Assembly: GCA_040954595.2 (NCBI GenBank)
Contig: CM082598.2
Span: 4,913,097 to 4,977,096 of the forward strand
Length of the DNA: 64,000 nucleotides
DNA from: Balanoglossus misakiensis
Taxonomy: Eukaryota > Animalia > Hemichordata
Direction: 5' to 3'
Shown here in pieces: positions 61,901 to 64,000 of this stretch; the stretch's first letter is position 1, and the number at the start of each line of letters is the position of its first letter. Made by a program: the position numbers and the translations under genes. Below the pieces are notes generated by a model that saw only the letters and a program-made list of their open reading frames with translations, did not search any database and had not been told where the DNA came from.

Positions 61901-63739
61901 GGGGGGGCAGGGTCTGCTCACTATTTTCGAAACATCTGACATCACTTCATGTTCTTTTTTGCCTGAAGTCCTTCTTTCTATCATGGACTTTGTTCTGTGT
62001 GTTTTGTTGATTGTCAGTGCTTTGCTGTATCGTTTTGTGACTGTCTGTCTTTGAAAGTCTCCTAGTAAATATCTTATAGTTGATCAATGAACTTGAGAGT
62101 ATGGATGGCTATGAACACAATTAGAAGGGTGCTCTTCTTGGTGTAAAATGTGTTCCAAGGACCACTGGATAATTTGTGTGTCTCACTTGATGATGTTACA
62201 TGTTTTTGTTGTTCTTTATCATTAATGTTGTGATATTTACTCTGATCACAGGAGCAACTGGACAAGATCCGACTGCAGTATGGCGGTCAGTTGTCGATGA
62301 GATACGAGAGCAAAGAACTTGGAACGGCAAAGATCATCAGCGAAAATGACAGACTGCGCAAAGAACAGCGCAGGGACAGTGAAACGATAGAGAAACTGAA
62401 AGTGGAGAGAAGTCAGTTGGAAGTAGAAAAGAACAAGCTTCTCAGAGATCTAGATGAGGTTAGTAAGTTGGCTATGAAATACTTGTTTCAACACAAGGGA
62501 ATTTGGAATGAAATGTGCGAGAAAGGTAATAAATCATGACTTGTGATATACCTTCAGCTGACAAAATCTATTTAACTAGTCTGGTGTCCTGGTTGTGTCC
62601 ATACATGTACATAGATAAATAATGCTGTCAAAAGTCTATTTCATTTAAAATGCCACAGTGGCCCTGGGGACAAAGTTTGCTCAAAATGCAGAAAATAGTG
62701 ATGCAGAAAGCTTGATTACCCAGTCATTGTAGCTGTCCCTTTTGATGATTGTGGGTAATTTTACACCTACAGTTTCTTGATCTTGAAGCATGTTGAATAC
62801 CAAGTGTTTAGATTGTCAAGAAAGTACCTATATGTATAAAGTGCAGTGCTATTGTTGACATACACGTTAAGTCCAGGCTAGATTGTCGAAATCATGCAGG
62901 ATAACATGGTAAATATGATGTCTGTATAGGTGCGGAAAAACCTTGAAATTGAAGAAGCCAGGGGTCCAAGACTAGAGAAAGCTGACAGTAAAAGCTGGAA
63001 GTCTATCGTTGTCACAAGAATGTATGAAGAGAAGATGAGAAATATGGAACAAGATTTGGACAAGAAGGTAAGGAATTTAGGAACAGAGTCGCATATAATT
63101 TCAAACATAACTTGCTGTGAAGTCAAATTGAAGAGTGGGGTGTTTTCCAATCTGTGGCTTTGGGTATGGGTCCCATACAACACTGTTGTTAGCAATTCAA
63201 AGTGTCGCAAAAGCAACAGCTACAATGTACACCATTGCAAACAATGTGGTTGTTATATTGTATTACACTGTAGTGTAACTGCTACAATGTACATCATTGC
63301 AAACAATGTTATTGTTACTTTGTATTACACTGTAGTGTAACTGCTACAATGTACATCATTGCAAACAATGTGGTTGTTACTTTGTATTCCACTGTACATC
63401 ATGACAAGCACTGCCTTGTTACTTTTTGTGTAAAATGTCTTACATGTACAATTGCAGTTAATGCATTTCAGTTGACAAGACATAGTCTTTAGGAGACTTT
63501 GCAATGCTATGAAAGTACATGCCTTATACCTACACACCCGTATGAATGAAGCTTTTCTTCACTTGCAGAGTTCAATGATCCTAGACATGAAGACGTTGCT
63601 GAAGGAATCAGCTCAGCGTGAACAGATGCTGATGCATGAATGTGAAATGTTGAAAGAGAAAGTGTCTGTATTAGAGAGGTATCCTAGTCACTTGAAGACT
63701 GATAGCGATGTCGTCAGGGAATTTCAACAATCAAGGCAG
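30613..63739 (+). CDS. CEP290: Centrosomal protein CEP290 (ciliary transition-zone coiled-coil protein), multi-exon, 3' end beyond the window
   Basis: Recognisable CEP290 peptides: MAPLDWNKILEIEPDD, GEYGLADAVQEIK, RKMTVLRVNEKALTRRF, KKITTLEMKELNERQRADHA, LRMQFCGAVPLSQQEKFS, RAPTTTMKNLVERLRNQL, KWEEGKKW, SGKSIPELERTIGLMKKVVE, SKSWKSIVVTRMYE. Phase-compatible GT-AG exons read by hand: 30613-30705, 31106-31235, 31442-31503, 31901-32032, 32464-32517, 32835-32987, 34318-34500, 35071-35160, 35332-35454, 36084-36207, 37035-37204, 37911-37981, 38578-38844, 39484-39643, 40342-40566, 41048-41212, 41625-41774, 42455-42673, 43019-43168, 43325-43405, 43601-43774, 43963-44077, 44710-44897, 45671-45829, 46300-46432, 46649-46851, 47450-47563, 47843-48037, 48715-48903, 49186-49320, 50017-50238, 50707-50772, 51141-51248, 51948-52147, 52731-52818, 53264-53389, 53818-53955, 54727-54834, 55203-55316, 55699-55839, 59111-59253, 59807-59972, 60589-60729, 61074-61310, 61659-61826, 62252-62458, 62930-63067, 63569-(63735 or 63739). 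About 2360 aa so far, no stop codon reached. Confidence 0.95.
30727..30932. mobile_element. MITE family A (TA-flanked, Tc1/mariner-like)
   Basis: TIR CTGTAAAACACTTTATTTTCG...CGAAAATAAAGT.TTTTACAG. Other copies: 31563-31769, 38331-38536, 41216-41312 (partial), 48297-48446 (inverted, deleted), 60295-60503 (diverged). Confidence 0.85.
31563..31769. mobile_element. MITE family A copy
   Basis: TA|CTGTAAAAC...GTTTTACAG|TA. Confidence 0.85.
32126..32347. mobile_element. Short TIR element (CAGTGTTTCAT termini); related partial copy at about 16272-16400
   Basis: TAGTGTTTCATCTAAATGG ... CCATCTTGAATGAAACACTG. The internal GGGGGACCAGTGCCCCTTAAAATGATGTCA is shared with 16350-16385. Confidence 0.6.
33099..33899. 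mobile_element. PIF/Harbinger-like MITE
   Basis: TIRs of about 30 bp, GGCTGCATTCACAAACACCTCTGGAGGGGGG, flanked by a TTA target duplication on both sides. Confidence 0.85.
34065..34291 (-). mobile_element. tRNA-derived SINE with a CORE-like domain
   Basis: Minus strand: A-box-like GCAGTGGTTAGAGC and B-box-like GGTTCTAGCC, then GTGTTGTGTCCTTTGGCCAGGCACTTTAC...CACCCAGGGGTAATGGGTACC, which resembles the conserved CORE-SINE central domain. Confidence 0.75.
35660..36064. repeat. Tandem array (about 119-bp unit, about 3.3 copies) derived from a family-B-like MITE end
   Basis: AACTGCACACTGACAGTGGCCATTAT.AAGAAGTTTCCAATGTAGAGAGGTGGCCACTAACACATGTTTGACTG repeated. The array ends about 20 nt before a CEP290 exon. 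Confidence 0.85.
37485..37786. mobile_element. TTAA-flanked MITE (piggyBac-like termini); partial second copy at about 36735-36932
   Basis: TTAA|CCCTTTTCCTGCAAG ... CTTGGCAGGGTCAGAG|TTAA. The internal GAGGGTCTTGTATAGGCCCTACTGA is shared between both copies. Confidence 0.6.
38331..38536. mobile_element. MITE family A copy
   Basis: Nearly identical to 30727-30932. Confidence 0.85.
38866..39211. mobile_element. MITE family C (Kolobok-like, largely palindromic)
   Basis: TIR AGGGACAAAGTCTCTCTC...GAGAGAGACTTTGTCCCT|TTAA. Other copies at 42094-42376 (TTAA on both sides) and about 43797-43895 (partial). Confidence 0.85.
39715..39777. repeat. (GATT)n(GAAT)n microsatellite
   Basis: Directly visible in the sequence. 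Confidence 0.9.
40142..40303. mobile_element. MITE family B (TA-flanked, pogo/Tigger-like termini)
   Basis: TA|CAGTCAAACCTGTGT...ACACAGGTTTGACTG|TA. Related copies at 42708-42897, 44107-44257 (inverted) and 38084-38244 (distant). Confidence 0.85.
42094..42376. mobile_element. MITE family C copy
   Basis: TTAA|AGGGACAAAG...CTTTGTCCCT|TTAA. Confidence 0.85.
44482..44630. mobile_element. MITE family F; inverted second copy at 48075-48233
   Basis: TIR TAGACTCTCTCACAGCCC...GGGCTGTGAGAGAGTCTA in both copies. Confidence 0.8.
45240..45647. repeat. Interspersed element with a long internal palindrome (45262-45395)
   Basis: CCCTGACCATTAACG...GCCAAAAATTCATGGGC / GCCCATGAATTTTTGGC...CGTTAATGGTCAGGG, with short termini CATTATA...TATAATG. 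Confidence 0.65.
46117..46219. repeat. (GTACT)n pentanucleotide microsatellite
   Basis: Directly visible; explains the VQYST/YCTVL ORFs. Confidence 0.95.
47004..47196. mobile_element. MITE family D (TTAA-associated, Kolobok-like)
   Basis: TIR AGGTATACAGTCACC...GGTGACTGTA.ACCT. Other copies at 52508-52694, 55418-55602, 50315-50502 (inverted) and a diverged copy at about 34546. Confidence 0.85.
48935..49605. repeat. Degenerate CTATAGAATTTCTATGGA minisatellite blocks flanking the CEP290 exon at 49186-49320
   Basis: Units of about 21-22 bp at 48935-49120 and 49435-49600. Confidence 0.75.
51408..51752. repeat. Interspersed element with a palindrome of about 190 bp (51410-51594)
   Basis: ACACATGATGACTGACA...GGGCAACAG...AAAACAGTC / GACTGTTTT...CTGTTGCCC...TGTCAGTCATCATGTGT, followed by TTATAACACACC...GGTGTGTTATAA. 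Confidence 0.7.
53959..54396. repeat. Tandem array of MITE-B left ends (6 units of about 72-77 bp)
   Basis: CAGTCAAACCTGTGTTAGTGGCCACCTCTATATAGTGG...GTCCCTGTGCAATT repeated, with two alternating variants. Confidence 0.9.
55329..55413. mobile_element. Very short TTAA-flanked MITE (piggyBac-like CCC...GGG ends)
   Basis: TTAA|CCCTTTCGCCACC...GGGGGTGAAAGGG|TTAA. Relatives at about 39227-39317, 40905-40993 and 31257-31310. Confidence 0.7.
55882..56010 (+). mobile_element. 5' fragment of a HINE/DINE-1-like (Helentron-derived) element
   Basis: TTTTT-AGCTCCC...GGGAGCT stem followed by a (GTCT)n microsatellite. Confidence 0.55.
56341..59083 (-). mobile_element. Non-autonomous Helentron-like (HINE) element, outer
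   Basis: One end has the hairpin GCTGCAAGCAGC plus subterminal GGGGCACAAGC. The other end has the stem GGGGGCACAAGC...GCTTGTGCCCCC-AATAA. Contains a (GAA)n tract and internal repeats of about 235 bp. Confidence 0.7.
57581..59024 (-). mobile_element. Non-autonomous Helentron-like (HINE) element, inner (nested)
   Basis: One end has GCTGCAAGCAGC plus GGGCCCAAGCC. The other end has the stem AGGGCCCAAGCC...GGCTTGGGCCCT-AA. Three tandem units of about 239 bp (GGTCAAAGGTCACC at about 57677, 57916 and 58154). Confidence 0.7.
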
Positions 63740-64000
63740 GTTGAATGATTTTATTGTATACTTTATGTTCTTTTTCACCCCTGTTTTCCGGTTCATGAAC
63801 TCCACTGTACCATTGGAAACAATGATGTTAGATGAAACCATTGTAATGACAGGGGAAATAGACCTGTATGGGAAGAATATGTTGCATGTTGACTACTACT
63901 AGTGTTGTGGGCATCAGGTTTTGGAATAAAGACTTTTTTAAGTCATGCGATAGCAGTACATACAAATACTTGTAAACAAACATTCCGAGAAATGTGACCA

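Overview
Eukaryotic (animal) genomic DNA: GT-AG introns, microsatellites and many MITEs; gene content and repeat style suggest an invertebrate, possibly a deuterostome (inference). Four genes are supported. (1) A single-exon four-jointed/FJX1 Golgi kinase at 44-1549 (+), followed by about 15.8 kb of non-coding DNA. (2,3) Two tandem paralogous minus-strand genes (17401-21702 and 24430-28371) with intronless CDSs. Each encodes two consecutive ubiquitin-specific-protease (USP/peptidase C19)-like domains that keep the zinc-binding Cys motifs and fold signatures but have lost the catalytic Cys and His. A low-complexity tail follows, with SUMO-acceptor motifs and a conserved KYPVISxVxSLAPE motif. 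(4) CEP290 (+), about 48 coding exons traced from 30613 and continuing past the window end, head-to-head with the second USP-like gene. The most novel signal is the duplicated 'double pseudo-DUB' family. Other notable features are RFX X-box-like sites, nested Helentron-type (HINE-like) elements, MITEs inserted into splice-donor GTA sites, long palindromes and a tRNA-headed CORE-type SINE. All calls come from manual reading; no database searches were run.
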